A stretch of DNA of 64,000 bases from assembly GCA_946965045.2 (NCBI GenBank), contig OX337241.1, positions 992,001 to 1,056,000 on the forward strand, written 5' to 3'. Both the position numbers and the translations under genes were made by a program. Positions 41,237 through 52,479 of the stretch are shown here, piece by piece; the stretch's first letter is position 1, and every line of letters begins with the position of its first letter. This stretch comes from Epithemia pelagica (Eukaryota; Protista; Bacillariophyta). Under the pieces are notes generated by a model. That model saw only the letters and a program-made list of their open reading frames with translations, ran no database searches and was not told where the DNA came from.

Positions 41237-41615
41237 AGTCGCGGTTAATCAGTGTGACGGACAGGCGATATGGCAGTCACGATTTGAATCTGTGAGACAT
41301 AGAATCGTGTCCCCACTATGTATCCAAGAGCAATGCCTTACTACCAGAGAAGGCATTGCCCGTCGCATAGTAACCAAGCTCTAGCCATTGGCATCAATGG
41401 TTCCAAACTAACCTCCATGAGTAAATGAGGAATTGATTCCTCGTGAGGAATCAAATGAGGAATCGAATGTAGTTCCTAAACCTAGAGCTCGCAGTATCAA
41501 CAAACAGAAAGTTGTGAAACAACTTCTCTAGTATATTGTCGTGGAGACTTGATCACCTCCACGCCAATATAGGTACTGCCCCTAGCTACTACAGAGTATC
41601 CTGTGTACTTTGACT
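41237..41615 (+). repeat. 5' LTR of Copia 2 (AGTC...GACT)
   Basis: No difference from 49922-50300 seen by eye. Confidence 0.95.
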
Positions 41616-41897
41616 GGTTATTACGCCCTTTACTGCCTTACCCGCTCACGCATCCTTTGCCTCTAAGCTCTTGCTTATCCGTTCGAACCCTCTCGCCGCC
41701 TGAATCTCCCCTCCGGCCGCCCCCTCCCTTGCAAGCTGTCGTCCTCCCCACGTGAAGACGACTCTCCCCGTTCCCTAGGAAGCTTCACCTTGCTCCCCAT
41801 CGAAGAGGAAATCCAATTCCTCTCGGACAGTGAAGAAGAAACCACCAGCGATCCATCCGCTGAGCCAAGTGCCGACGACTCCTCCACCCAAGGAACC

Positions 41898-44800
41898 ATG
41901 CCTCCCACTGCTCCTCCAGCCCCTGCACCAACCGAACGCGTCCCGTTCAAGCCTCCAAGCCCTCGAATGGGCGGTTTAGTCCAACTCGATGAGTATAAAT
42001 GGGCTGCCTGGACTGGTGGCAAGCCCCTAGCGAATTGGAAAGGCCTGGATCCAGCCGCATTCAATGGAACCACCCCCTTTCCCCGCACCCCTCACCAACG
42101 TCGTTTCGGCAAGGACATCACGGGTTTCGAAACCCGCTGTGGTGGATTGTCGAATCGTTTCCGCCAAGGAGACAACCTCCACAAGTTCATGAAGCGTCTC
42201 GACGAGACACTCATTCTCCGCGGCATGGACACCATTGCCTACATGCCTGACCCCGCTGACAACACCCGCATGCGCCATATTGTGAAGGAGCACACTCGCT
42301 TCACCCTGCGCCATGTCCAACAGAACGCCGCGGCCCATTGCCAACAGTTTGACACATATGACGCCGAAAACGACACGGCCGCTCGTCTGTGCCTTTTGGA
42401 GTCCGTCGACCTCAAGCTCCGCCAGCGAATTGAAACCAAGACCTCTTCCAACGACTCGTTCTGCCTTACCTGGATGACTTTCATCAGCATTCTTCAGTCT
42501 GATTCAGTCACCAAGTATGACAAACTCGCCGCCAAGATCGCCTCCAGGACCCCATTCATGTACGCCGGCCAAAACATCACGGAAATGGCGGCCGACATGA
42601 AAGCAGATTGCAAAGACTTGTTTGCCTCCGGATTTTACAAACAAACCTTGACCCTTGGCATCTTAGAAGCGTTCTCTCTTGCGAATGGAGACAGCCTCTA
42701 CAACCTTGGATTGTTGAGTCTCCAACCGCTCATCCAAGCCAAGATTCTTGAAGTCCGTTACAAATCGGACCAGGACCAACAAGCCGATCTCGAAGCCGCC
42801 GAATTGTCATTCAAAGACATCTGCGACAAGGCCGACTCCTTGTACTCTGATGCAATCAACCGTGGCTCCTGGCCACCGTCGAGCAACAACAAAGATACAA
42901 AGGTTCCTCCCGAAGTCTTCGGCAAACTCACTGAAGTTCAAGCAATGGCCCTTCGGCAGCACATGGGTGGTGCTTTCACAAAAGGAGCCTGTCTGATTTG
43001 TGGCGCCCAAGATCACTGGGCCAAAGATTGCCCCCAGCGTTCCTCCAAGCAGAACTCCGGGCAAAACTCCAACCGTCGCTCCAACTCCCAATCCAACTCC
43101 CAGCAACGATCCAACCGTGGTGGCCGTGATGGAAGAGGCAACCAAGGCGGACGAAATGCTCGCAACAACAACAACCGCAGCAACAACAGCTCCTCATCCA
43201 CGAACTGGAAGAAAATCGCACCCACCGGTGACCAACCAACCCAAAAACAGAGCGATGGCAAAACATACAACTGGTGTGGTATCTGCGAACGTTGGACGCC
43301 CACCCACACCACCGACACCCACAATGGCCCCGTTCCCAACAGGCGCCGCAACAACAACAACAATCGAAACAACCGCCAAGCCCAAGCCCACACCCTGGCC
43401 GTCGACTTTGACCCCTCCGCCTGGGCTGCGGTCATCGACATGGACGAGCTCGTTTGCGTCGAATGCAGCGACCAAGTCGAAACCGAAAACGCGACCGCGT
43501 CTGCTCCTCCCGCAAACGACGAAAACTCCTCCAACTCCATCCCTGACTCCTTCTGGGATGAGTTTTCCCCCACCGACAAAGAAGATGATGATGACGCCGT
43601 CTCCCTTTCCTCATCCTCCAAACCTCCAAGCACCAACTCATCCCCAAGTGAAGACGCTCCCCTGTGGATTGCTGCTGATGATTGTTTTGGTGATGGCTCC
43701 GACACCGTTGATTGTTACCTTGGTCTTGATGATGACTCCAGTGACGATGGCAAACCCTTCGCCAATGATGGAGACAAGAACGACAACGAACACCATGAAC
43801 AAACCTCTGTTGCTTCCTCCACACGAAGCATCCTCCTACCTCCAACTCCAGGCAACATTGACGCCCTGGACATCGACATGTCCACTTTGTCCCTGTCCAC
43901 TGCTCCTCATGGCCGTTCTCCCCGTCGTACCCACCAAGCAAACACCACCAACGATTCATCCGTCACCTCCGTCCCCACTCGCGTGGACCATACCCCCACG
44001 TCGACCGATCACCGACGCGAAGCCACTTTCGAAGCTGCCTTCCGTCACATCCCCACTACACCGCACCCCACCGCGTCGTACACCCGCCCCTTCGTTCCCT
44101 TTAGTCGTCCCTTCGGCCATCCATCGGCCATGACTTTAGACTTCGACTATGGCAGTCTTCCCCTGGAATGCATCAACTTTCCATTCCTAGGGGAAGACAT
44201 CGCTCCAATTAACCCCGACGACGCCGTCCCCCCTGACCACCATCATGTTGATACCTCCTCCTCCTTCGACGAATACACCGTCGACAGCGGTGTCAGCTCC
44301 ACCACGGCCACTACGGCCAACGAAACCGCCGTCACGACCGCCACCGAAGTGTCGTTGCCCGTCCCCTCTCCCTCGGCCATGATCATCTCCCCTCCTCCGG
44401 CCGATGACAACACCGTCGATGGAGATGACGACGATGTTGATGGCAACGACGCCGACGATGGAAATGATGAAGATGACGACGACACCATCGACGATGACGA
44501 CTCCCATGGTCCTCCTCCCGACGACGACCACAACCCAAACCACGATGCCGATCGTGATGATGACTCCAATGGTGCACCAACCTCCCAGACCACCACAGAT
44601 ACTCCATCTGATGCTGCTGTTACCAGCAACAACAGTGGGGAACCAACCGAATCTTCGAATCCACCTTCGACTGACGACGACTCATCCTACGATCTTTTGG
44701 CTTCTGACACCGACGAAGCCACTGGTTCTACACCAGCCGAAAATTTGGATTCATCTACTGTATCTGTTATAAGTAGTATTAGTGTGACCACTGACTCTGC

Positions 44801-47800
44801 TAACATCAGTACTCCCCAAGACCGAACCCCCCTACGTGCACCACTGGCCCGCCCTCCTACTCCGTTCAACCGCCATCTTGACGCGTGGCGAACAGCTGTT
44901 GCAGCGCCAGCCGAGCCAACCACCCCTCGCACGAATGCCCTTGGTCTTTACTCGCCGGTCGAGCCAACTGCTGTGCCATCTTCACCTCCGCCTCACACGA
45001 CCCGTCCCCGTCGTACCTTCGACACCGACGATCCTGCAGTCCGCATCCAATGCATGGAACGAGCCGTCGCCCGACTCATCCACGTGCACATGGCCATCAA
45101 CAAGGAAGAAGACCTTTCCCAGCTCTCTCCTCTCCGAGACCAACTCGAGCAAGCCCGAACAAGTGTCCGCTTCCATCTCGAGACTCTCCGCCATGATGAA
45201 TCCGTCCCCAACTCCAGGCTCGGTGCCCTCGATCCTCCTTTGAGCATCCAGTACACCTTCGCTTGGGAAATGGCCACCAATCCCCACTACACGGCCACCC
45301 AAATGCAGTGTGAAAACACGTGCATCCCAGATCCACCCCCGAGCAAACGCATTAAGTTCGAACCTCATGCCAACTTCGCATGTGTTCGACCAACCAACCA
45401 AACAAACAAACAACCACCGTCGAGGCGTCCCCCTGTCTCCCGACCACGATATCCTCGGAATCGGCACCAAGATCCCTTGGCCTCCCAATTCAGTTTGATT
45501 GTTTCGTTTTCTGCTCTTATCGTGGCTTCCCTTTCATGGCTCCAACCAACCGTCTTTTTCCACCATCTGTGGTACTATGGCTGCTGTATCCCCTTGACCC
45601 TCTCGTGGATTGGTGAATTTCTCCTCACCCATCGGCTCCTTCCCCGCTCCAAACACCATCTCCGTCCTCGCCGGCACCCTTGGGCACACCCAATGATGAG
45701 CCATGCTTCATCACGTGCATGCTCTTCTCTGGCCGAATGGTTTGTTGCGTCGTTTCGTACATGGTGGATCCACCACTACCCCAACCTCTGCTCCACACCA
45801 GAGGGAGAGAGTCCACCAAACAATGGTGCTCCACAGAGGGCACGCCATCCAAACCGTTCCAATCGACACCGACGACGCCAACGACGAGGCAACCAGCAGC
45901 ACACCCATGGACCATCCCACCAAGACTCCATCTCCGAACCTCAACTTTGCGCCCTCATTAACCAACTCGGAGAAAGTGAAGCCTTGAAAATGGCCCTCCA
46001 AGCTCCAGCCAAATTCAGATCCGCCATGGAAAACCAAAACTCATCCAGTTTCCCCATCATCTGGGACTCTGGAGCGAGTATTGCTGTGTCAAACACCAAG
46101 TCCGATTTTGTTGGATCGATCCGAAAAGTACGACCAGACCTGCAACTCAAAGGTGTTGCCCAAGGCGTCCCAATCAACGGACTCGGTACCGTCCACTGGT
46201 CCGTCATGGACACCAGAGGCAATCTCCGCACCCTCAAACTCTTGGCCTTGTTCATCCCATCGGCCAATTGTAGATTGTTGAGCACAACACATCTCCTCCA
46301 ACAATACCCCGGAGAAACCATCACCCTTCAAGACTGCGGATTGACTCTCAGCGGGATACAAGACGACTCTACTCGGACCCCGGTCTTTGCAACCATCAAT
46401 CCGACCAACAACCTTCCCACCTGCTATGGCTATGGAAAAGATGGAATCCACCGATCCATCCGAGCACTCGTGACCACTGTCACCGTCGTCCACGAACGAA
46501 ACTTGAACTTGACCGAACCACAGAAGGAATGGCTTCGGTGGCACCAACGACTTTGCCACATGAACTTTCGAACCATCCAATTCCTTTTTAAATCCGGTGT
46601 ATTGTCACGTTCTGCGTCAAACCGTCAGTTGCACACAGCCATCTGCAAACTACGGAGTCCGCCCATGTGTGCCGCCTGTCAATACGGCAAGCAACGACAA
46701 CGGTCAACACCAGGACAAACAGTCACCAAAGTTCTCGACCGTGACGGTGCCCTCAAAAACAACGACCTGTTTCCGGGCCAAAGTGTGTCGGTGGACCACT
46801 TTATTTGCTCCACGAAAGGTAGATTGTTTACGTCGAAAGGAAAGACAAAAGATGAGAAAATGTTTTGCGGAGGATGCATCTTTGTTGATCACGCCAGCGG
46901 CCACATCGATGTGGTCTTTCAGGCGCATCTCAACACTCACGAGACTTTGAATGCCAAACTCACCTTCGAGCAACGTTGCAAGGATGTGGGTGTCGTTCCC
47001 CAACGATACCACACTGACAACGGCAGCTGTTTCACTGCACAAGACTACACCAGGCAACTCGAAACCTTTGCCCAGATTCGGTCCTACGCTGGAGTAGGCG
47101 CCCATCACCAGAATGGCGTCGCCGAACGAGCCATCCAAACCATCATGTCGATGGCTCGGACGATGATGCTCCACGCCAGCATCCACTGGCCTGAGACAGC
47201 GGATCCCACCCTCTGGCCCATGGCGGTCTCCCACGCCGTCTTTGTCTTCAACCACGTTCCCAATCCGTCCACTGGCGTCTCACCCCACGATATCTTTTCA
47301 AGAACGAGATGGCCACAAAAACGGCTACACGATCTTCATGTCTGGGGAGCACCCGTGTACGTCCTGGAAAAACGGATTGCAGACGGTAAGAAACTGCCAA
47401 GATGGCAACCAAGATCACAACGAGGGATGAACATGGGACTTTTTCCCAACCATGCCACCACAGCACCACTCGTTTTGAATCTTTCCACGGGCGCCATCAC
47501 ACCGCAGTACCATGTCGTTTTCGACGATTGGTTTGCAACGGTGCCGACTCCAGCCGACCACAACAACACAGAAGACATCTCCAGACTTGACAGTGTCTTT
47601 GGCGACATGACCAATCATCTGCACTCACCGGGGTACGACAACGATGACTGTGTGGACGACGCTGTCACCAGTGCACCACTTGCTGCTGTCAACCATCGTT
47701 CTGAAGACAATATTTTTACGTCTATGGAACGAACTGTTCCGTCTGTCCCTCTTTCTGTTGACACGCCAGCCGTCTCTGTCCCCAGAACTCCCCCAGCCAC

Positions 47801-49880
47801 TCCCACCACCCAGCCCTCCACGACTGCTTCGTCTCGTCTTGCCCCGTCGGTTAGTGACCCACTCCCTTCTCCGCCTCCCGTGCCACCTCCGAACACGCCA
47901 GTGCGCGATGTCCCTCCGCGCGCGGCGACACCTCCAAGGCCCCAACCTGCTGTTTCCTTCTCGGAACCGCTCGTTTTGCCTTCCCCGTCGTCTCCTGTCC
48001 CCGTGCACTCGGAACAGAGGGAGAATCCAGCACCACTGTCGCCTCTCCGCATGGCACCAGCCTCCAATCCCTCTTCTCCTCAGAGGGAGTCTCTCTCCTC
48101 GAGACAGCCCTCCTCTCAGAGGGAGCCGCCCTCTCAGAGGGAGCCACCAAGCAATCCTCCCTCCGACGCACCATCTGCTCGACGATCCAACCGTGTCCGT
48201 CGTTCACCAAGTCGTCTCATCGAGAACATGGACGCCGCCCAACAATCCTATGTCGCCAATCAAGCCGAATTCGATGACATCAGTGGATTCAAGGTTGCCA
48301 TTTCAGATCCAGACACTCTGTCCTACGAACAAGCAAGACAAGACAAGGATATTGACCATTGGAGAGAAGCGGCTAGAGTAGAAATTGAAGAACTAACTAA
48401 CAAGGGTACATGGACTGAGGTTCCAGAGGAAGAAGCAACATCAAGAATCATCCCTGGCACCTGGGTCTTCAAGCGCAAGCGCCACCCAGACGGAACCATC
48501 AAGAAATACAAGGCCAGATATTGTGTCCGCGGCGATCTTCAAGAAGGTGATTTCGACACCTACTCACCCGTCGTCAACTGGGCCTCGATTCGTATCGCCC
48601 TGGTACTTGCCCTGGCTCGCAATTGGGCAATGGTCTGCATCGATTTCAACAATGCCTTCGTTCAGGCCGAGTTGAAAGATCCTGTTTGGATCCATATTCC
48701 GCGCGGTTTCTCCTCCACCAAGACCACCAAAACCTGTCTCCGACTCCACAAGAGCCTTTATGGACTCTCGGTTGCACCTCGGTTGTGGTACCAACGTCTC
48801 CGACAAGCCTTGCTCGACGATGGCTTCACCCAGAGCAAATTCGACGAATGTGTCTTCCTCAAGGAAAACATGATGGTGTTTCTCTGGGTGGATGATTGTG
48901 GTATTATTGCTCCAACGATGGACGCAATCAACGAATTTGTGAAACGACTCAAGGCTCGAGGATTCGAGCTCTCCGTGGACAGTGATTTTGCTGAGTACTT
49001 GGGCATCCATTTCACTCGGAAGGATGGAACAATTACAATGACCCAACCAGGGCTCATTAAGAAGATTGTTGAGGCCACAGGCATGACAAATTGCAATGGC
49101 AACTTTGTGCCAGCCTCCCAAGTGTGCCTTGGCAGTGACCCTGATGGACCACCGATGAAAGAAAAATGGAACTACCGTTCCATCGTCGGCATGCTCCTTT
49201 ACCTTTCCACCAATACACGGCCAGATATCAGTTTTGCCGTCTCCCAAGTCGCTCGCTTCTCAACCAACCCGAAACAATCCCATGCCCAAGCCATCAAAAT
49301 GATTGTCCGATACCTCTGGAGAACTGTAGATTGCGGGACAATTTTTCGGCCAACAACCGCCTTCAAGGTTGATTGCTATGTGGATGCGGATTTCATGGGC
49401 CTCCATGGCCGTGAATCCGAGGACGAACCGATCAGTGCCAAATCACGCACTGGGTACATCATCCATTTTGGCGGCTGTCCTTTGGTCTGGAAATCTCAGC
49501 TCCAAAGTGAGATCGCCACCAGCACCTTCCACGCCGAATACGTCGCGCTCTCGCAAAGCATGCGTGTTGTTGTGTGGCTCCAAGACATCCTGTTCGAGAT
49601 CAACCACCACCTCGACCTTGGCACCGACTCCCCAACCATCTTTGCTGAAGTCCATGAGGACAACAACAGCGCGTATCTCCTTGCCAACAACCAGCGCCTC
49701 TCATCCCGCTCCAGGTCTCTCAACAACAAGTACCACTGGTTTTGGGAAGCTGTGAAAGGGACGAATGCAACAGTTAGAATCTCCAAGATCGAAACAACGA
49801 TGCAACGAGCGGACTATCTTACCAAAGGACTCTGCCGTGATGTTTTTGAGAGGATTCGGAAACTGAATCAAGGTTGGTGA
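41898..49880 (+). CDS. gag-pol: Copia gag-pol polyprotein
   Basis: CLICGAQDHWAKDC zinc knuckle, IWDSGAS protease, WHQRLCH...CAAC, SVDH/TDNG/NGVAER integrase, WVDD RT, YVDADF...EDN RNase H. The frame is open from 41790. Confidence 0.96.
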   Translation: MPPTAPPAPAPTERVPFKPPSPRMGGLVQLDEYKWAAWTGGKPLANWKGLDPAAFNGTTPFPRTPHQRRFGKDITGFETRCGGLSNRFRQGDNLHKFMKRLDETLILRGMDTIAYMPDPADNTRMRHIVKEHTRFTLRHVQQNAAAHCQQFDTYDAENDTAARLCLLESVDLKLRQRIETKTSSNDSFCLTWMTFISILQSDSVTKYDKLAAKIASRTPFMYAGQNITEMAADMKADCKDLFASGFYKQTLTLGILEAFSLANGDSLYNLGLLSLQPLIQAKILEVRYKSDQDQQADLEAAELSFKDICDKADSLYSDAINRGSWPPSSNNKDTKVPPEVFGKLTEVQAMALRQHMGGAFTKGACLICGAQDHWAKDCPQRSSKQNSGQNSNRRSNSQSNSQQRSNRGGRDGRGNQGGRNARNNNNRSNNSSSSTNWKKIAPTGDQPTQKQSDGKTYNWCGICERWTPTHTTDTHNGPVPNRRRNNNNNRNNRQAQAHTLAVDFDPSAWAAVIDMDELVCVECSDQVETENATASAPPANDENSSNSIPDSFWDEFSPTDKEDDDDAVSLSSSSKPPSTNSSPSEDAPLWIAADDCFGDGSDTVDCYLGLDDDSSDDGKPFANDGDKNDNEHHEQTSVASSTRSILLPPTPGNIDALDIDMSTLSLSTAPHGRSPRRTHQANTTNDSSVTSVPTRVDHTPTSTDHRREATFEAAFRHIPTTPHPTASYTRPFVPFSRPFGHPSAMTLDFDYGSLPLECINFPFLGEDIAPINPDDAVPPDHHHVDTSSSFDEYTVDSGVSSTTATTANETAVTTATEVSLPVPSPSAMIISPPPADDNTVDGDDDDVDGNDADDGNDEDDDDTIDDDDSHGPPPDDDHNPNHDADRDDDSNGAPTSQTTTDTPSDAAVTSNNSGEPTESSNPPSTDDDSSYDLLASDTDEATGSTPAENLDSSTVSVISSISVTTDSANISTPQDRTPLRAPLARPPTPFNRHLDAWRTAVAAPAEPTTPRTNALGLYSPVEPTAVPSSPPPHTTRPRRTFDTDDPAVRIQCMERAVARLIHVHMAINKEEDLSQLSPLRDQLEQARTSVRFHLETLRHDESVPNSRLGALDPPLSIQYTFAWEMATNPHYTATQMQCENTCIPDPPPSKRIKFEPHANFACVRPTNQTNKQPPSRRPPVSRPRYPRNRHQDPLASQFSLIVSFSALIVASLSWLQPTVFFHHLWYYGCCIPLTLSWIGEFLLTHRLLPRSKHHLRPRRHPWAHPMMSHASSRACSSLAEWFVASFRTWWIHHYPNLCSTPEGESPPNNGAPQRARHPNRSNRHRRRQRRGNQQHTHGPSHQDSISEPQLCALINQLGESEALKMALQAPAKFRSAMENQNSSSFPIIWDSGASIAVSNTKSDFVGSIRKVRPDLQLKGVAQGVPINGLGTVHWSVMDTRGNLRTLKLLALFIPSANCRLLSTTHLLQQYPGETITLQDCGLTLSGIQDDSTRTPVFATINPTNNLPTCYGYGKDGIHRSIRALVTTVTVVHERNLNLTEPQKEWLRWHQRLCHMNFRTIQFLFKSGVLSRSASNRQLHTAICKLRSPPMCAACQYGKQRQRSTPGQTVTKVLDRDGALKNNDLFPGQSVSVDHFICSTKGRLFTSKGKTKDEKMFCGGCIFVDHASGHIDVVFQAHLNTHETLNAKLTFEQRCKDVGVVPQRYHTDNGSCFTAQDYTRQLETFAQIRSYAGVGAHHQNGVAERAIQTIMSMARTMMLHASIHWPETADPTLWPMAVSHAVFVFNHVPNPSTGVSPHDIFSRTRWPQKRLHDLHVWGAPVYVLEKRIADGKKLPRWQPRSQRGMNMGLFPNHATTAPLVLNLSTGAITPQYHVVFDDWFATVPTPADHNNTEDISRLDSVFGDMTNHLHSPGYDNDDCVDDAVTSAPLAAVNHRSEDNIFTSMERTVPSVPLSVDTPAVSVPRTPPATPTTQPSTTASSRLAPSVSDPLPSPPPVPPPNTPVRDVPPRAATPPRPQPAVSFSEPLVLPSPSSPVPVHSEQRENPAPLSPLRMAPASNPSSPQRESLSSRQPSSQREPPSQREPPSNPPSDAPSARRSNRVRRSPSRLIENMDAAQQSYVANQAEFDDISGFKVAISDPDTLSYEQARQDKDIDHWREAARVEIEELTNKGTWTEVPEEEATSRIIPGTWVFKRKRHPDGTIKKYKARYCVRGDLQEGDFDTYSPVVNWASIRIALVLALARNWAMVCIDFNNAFVQAELKDPVWIHIPRGFSSTKTTKTCLRLHKSLYGLSVAPRLWYQRLRQALLDDGFTQSKFDECVFLKENMMVFLWVDDCGIIAPTMDAINEFVKRLKARGFELSVDSDFAEYLGIHFTRKDGTITMTQPGLIKKIVEATGMTNCNGNFVPASQVCLGSDPDGPPMKEKWNYRSIVGMLLYLSTNTRPDISFAVSQVARFSTNPKQSHAQAIKMIVRYLWRTVDCGTIFRPTTAFKVDCYVDADFMGLHGRESEDEPISAKSRTGYIIHFGGCPLVWKSQLQSEIATSTFHAEYVALSQSMRVVVWLQDILFEINHHLDLGTDSPTIFAEVHEDNNSAYLLANNQRLSSRSRSLNNKYHWFWEAVKGTNATVRISKIETTMQRADYLTKGLCRDVFERIRKLNQGW

Positions 49881-49921
49881 TTGACTGTGTTTGAAAAGAT
49901 ATCGCCCTTGTCAAGAGGGAG

Positions 49922-50300
49922 AGTCGCGGTTAATCAGTGTGACGGACAGGCGATATGGCAGTCACGATTTGAATCTGTGAGACATAGAATCGTGTCCCCA
50001 CTATGTATCCAAGAGCAATGCCTTACTACCAGAGAAGGCATTGCCCGTCGCATAGTAACCAAGCTCTAGCCATTGGCATCAATGGTTCCAAACTAACCTC
50101 CATGAGTAAATGAGGAATTGATTCCTCGTGAGGAATCAAATGAGGAATCGAATGTAGTTCCTAAACCTAGAGCTCGCAGTATCAACAAACAGAAAGTTGT
50201 GAAACAACTTCTCTAGTATATTGTCGTGGAGACTTGATCACCTCCACGCCAATATAGGTACTGCCCCTAGCTACTACAGAGTATCCTGTGTACTTTGACT
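49922..50300 (+). repeat. 3' LTR of Copia 2
   Basis: Follows the PPT and is followed by the TSD CCCAC. Confidence 0.95.
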
Positions 50301-50902
50301 CCCACAACGAGTACAACAACGAATACAAACCACAGGACTTGGATGACAAGGAAGACGACACGAACATGGACATGGTCTTTGGTGATGACATGACGAAGAG
50401 GACCGCAACGAAACCAAGGTCCAAACCGATTGGTCGCTGCCACAAAGACAATTGAATCAACTCAATTCTTCTTTGTCCGAGTAGTGTTGTTTCCTTGGTA
50501 CACGCATCTGCTCCACCTGCAGGCCGACACAAAGACCCAAGTTTGAACCCTAGTTACAGTGAATATAGAGGCATGATAGAATTGCAATTCCAAGGACTAC
50601 ATAGATTCAAGGATTTTACAAAAAACAAAAACAATGCATGTACGGTTTGGGGGCGGGTCATGGTTGATCCCACACATGCACACAAAAAAAGATGCGATAC
50701 TATCTACTACTATAGATTCTTCCTGGAATAAGAAAATACACCAATCGAGATACTTTCATAGCTCACGAGTGGCTGAAGAAGGAGGGAACACGGTTTGTTT
50801 GCCATGTGGCACACACATGCATTCCAAAGGTTTTTGGGGGGTGCTTTCTGGTTGCTGGTGGTCGTCCATCCATGTTCTGGTTCGTCGTCCTCTTGGGGTA
50901 GT

Positions 50903-51488
50903 TTAAAAGGAGGTCCATTTGAGTTGTTTGGTTTCTCGTAGCGCCTGACTGGTCTTTTTGCGAGCCTCGGCCCGGGACAAGACATAGTACCGGTCGTGGT
51001 TGTCGGCCTCTTCATCTCGTTTGACAAAGCGGCCTCCATATCCAAGGACATGATCGACAATGGCTCGCGACACATCGGTCTTGATGGACTTGGCTTCGGT
51101 GCACCGATACATGAGTTTCATATCGGCCACCACTTGTCGGTACCGTTTGTTTCCGGGGTGGTGGTTGCTTCGTCCTCCGCGGCCTGGACAAGAAGAGCGT
51201 CCATGAGAAGCACAAAAAAAAGAAGCACAAGAATGCATACTATCAGAAACGACCAGCCGTTTCAATGGCAAGAGGCAAATCCGCAGCAAGAACAACGACA
51301 ACAACAAGAAGAATAGCACGTACCGCACAAGACATCCACGTCTCGAATGGAATTGATATAACACTTGGCTTCCGCCGGTTTGACGGGAAGATCTTTGAGC
51401 ATCCTTTGCTCAACCACATCTTGACCCTTGAGAACCACAAGAGGTCTACTACTAGTGCTGCTGCTCGTGGAATGACTGGAACTGGTAG

Positions 51489-51519
<31 letters not shown>

Positions 51520-51617
51520 TGCCGTCGAGGTGGTGCTACTGGTCTTTTGACTGGCAGTCGAGGGCGATCGTCGCAACGTGACCGGGGGCTTGGCAGTCCT
51601 GGTGGTGGTGGTGGATG

Positions 51618-51649
<32 letters not shown>

Positions 51650-52479
51650 CTTCCAGAGTCTCGTTGTTGTTGTTGTTGTCGTTCCTCCAAGGCTGCAAGA
51701 CTGGCATCGCGCAACAAATCCAATCCAGAAGACGAAGAAGACGACGACGATGAAGAAGAAGCAGAAGAAATGTGGTGGAGTTGTGGTTTTTCGCTCGGGA
51801 GAAATCTCAAGGACGGCATGGGCTTGGGTGTGTTGTGATGATGAGAATGAGACGGTTGCCACAACAAGGAGGAAGAAGGCACATCACTCGTCGTCGTTGT
51901 AGGAGGAGGAGGAGGAGGATAGGCTGACCTCAACAAGTCCAAGGAAGAACGTGCCTCCGTGGCAGCAGCAGAAGTAGTAGTGGGAGAGACACTTGCGGCT
52001 GCAGCGGCGGCTGCCAGGAGACTTCTGGAGGCCGACGAGTTTCGGGAAGTTCGGGCCAAGGGTGATATGAGTTTGGCTTCCAAACGAGCAATGGACAACA
52101 ATCGTTGTTGATGACGTTGATGTTCTTCTTCCATGAGTATTTCGGGCAAAAGGGGGAGCGAAGAAGAGGAAGATGACGAAGAAGATGATGATGATGATAC
52201 ATGGGGCATGAGTAAGGGTGGACTGGTCGTTGTTGTGGTGGTGGTTGGCGTCCAAGCACCACCACCACCACCAACAGCGTAGGGCAATGTGGATACGGGT
52301 GATGGAAAGGGAGACGAGGAGAGGGTGGAAGAAGAGGAGGAGAGCAACCAACGACTGGGTGGTGGTTGTTCACGCAACCGATGCGACGAGGGGTGATGGT
52401 GTTGCGGTTCGTCGTAGAGAGACGACGACAAGGCGCTCGTGGTGGCAGTAGAAGGGCTTACAACATAGTGTCCCAACAT
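50903..52479 (-). CDS. DUF6824-domain protein (diatom-expanded family), 2 exons (52479-51324, 51183-50903)
   Basis: Intron 51184-51323 joins DVLCG|RGGRSNHHPGNKRYR...GGRFV...ARKKTSQALRE. The N-terminus is Ser-rich. Confidence 0.85.

Larger units (their letters stand above)
41237..50300 (+). mobile_element. Full-length Ty1/Copia (CoDi-like) LTR retrotransposon 2
   Basis: Two 379-bp LTRs, TSD CCCAC (41232-36, 50301-05), PPT AAGAGGGAG (49913-21) and a single intact gag-pol ORF. Confidence 0.97.

Noticed and set aside
41237-41260. Internal TG (TGTGACGG) as a canonical LTR start for Copia 2
   Set aside because: Identity between the two LTRs extends upstream to AGTC, the PPT abuts that point, and the TSD fits only the outer boundaries.
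41118-50390. Host gene interrupted by Copia 2
   Set aside because: Joining the flanks gives only short ORFs in all three plus-strand frames, with no recognisable domain.
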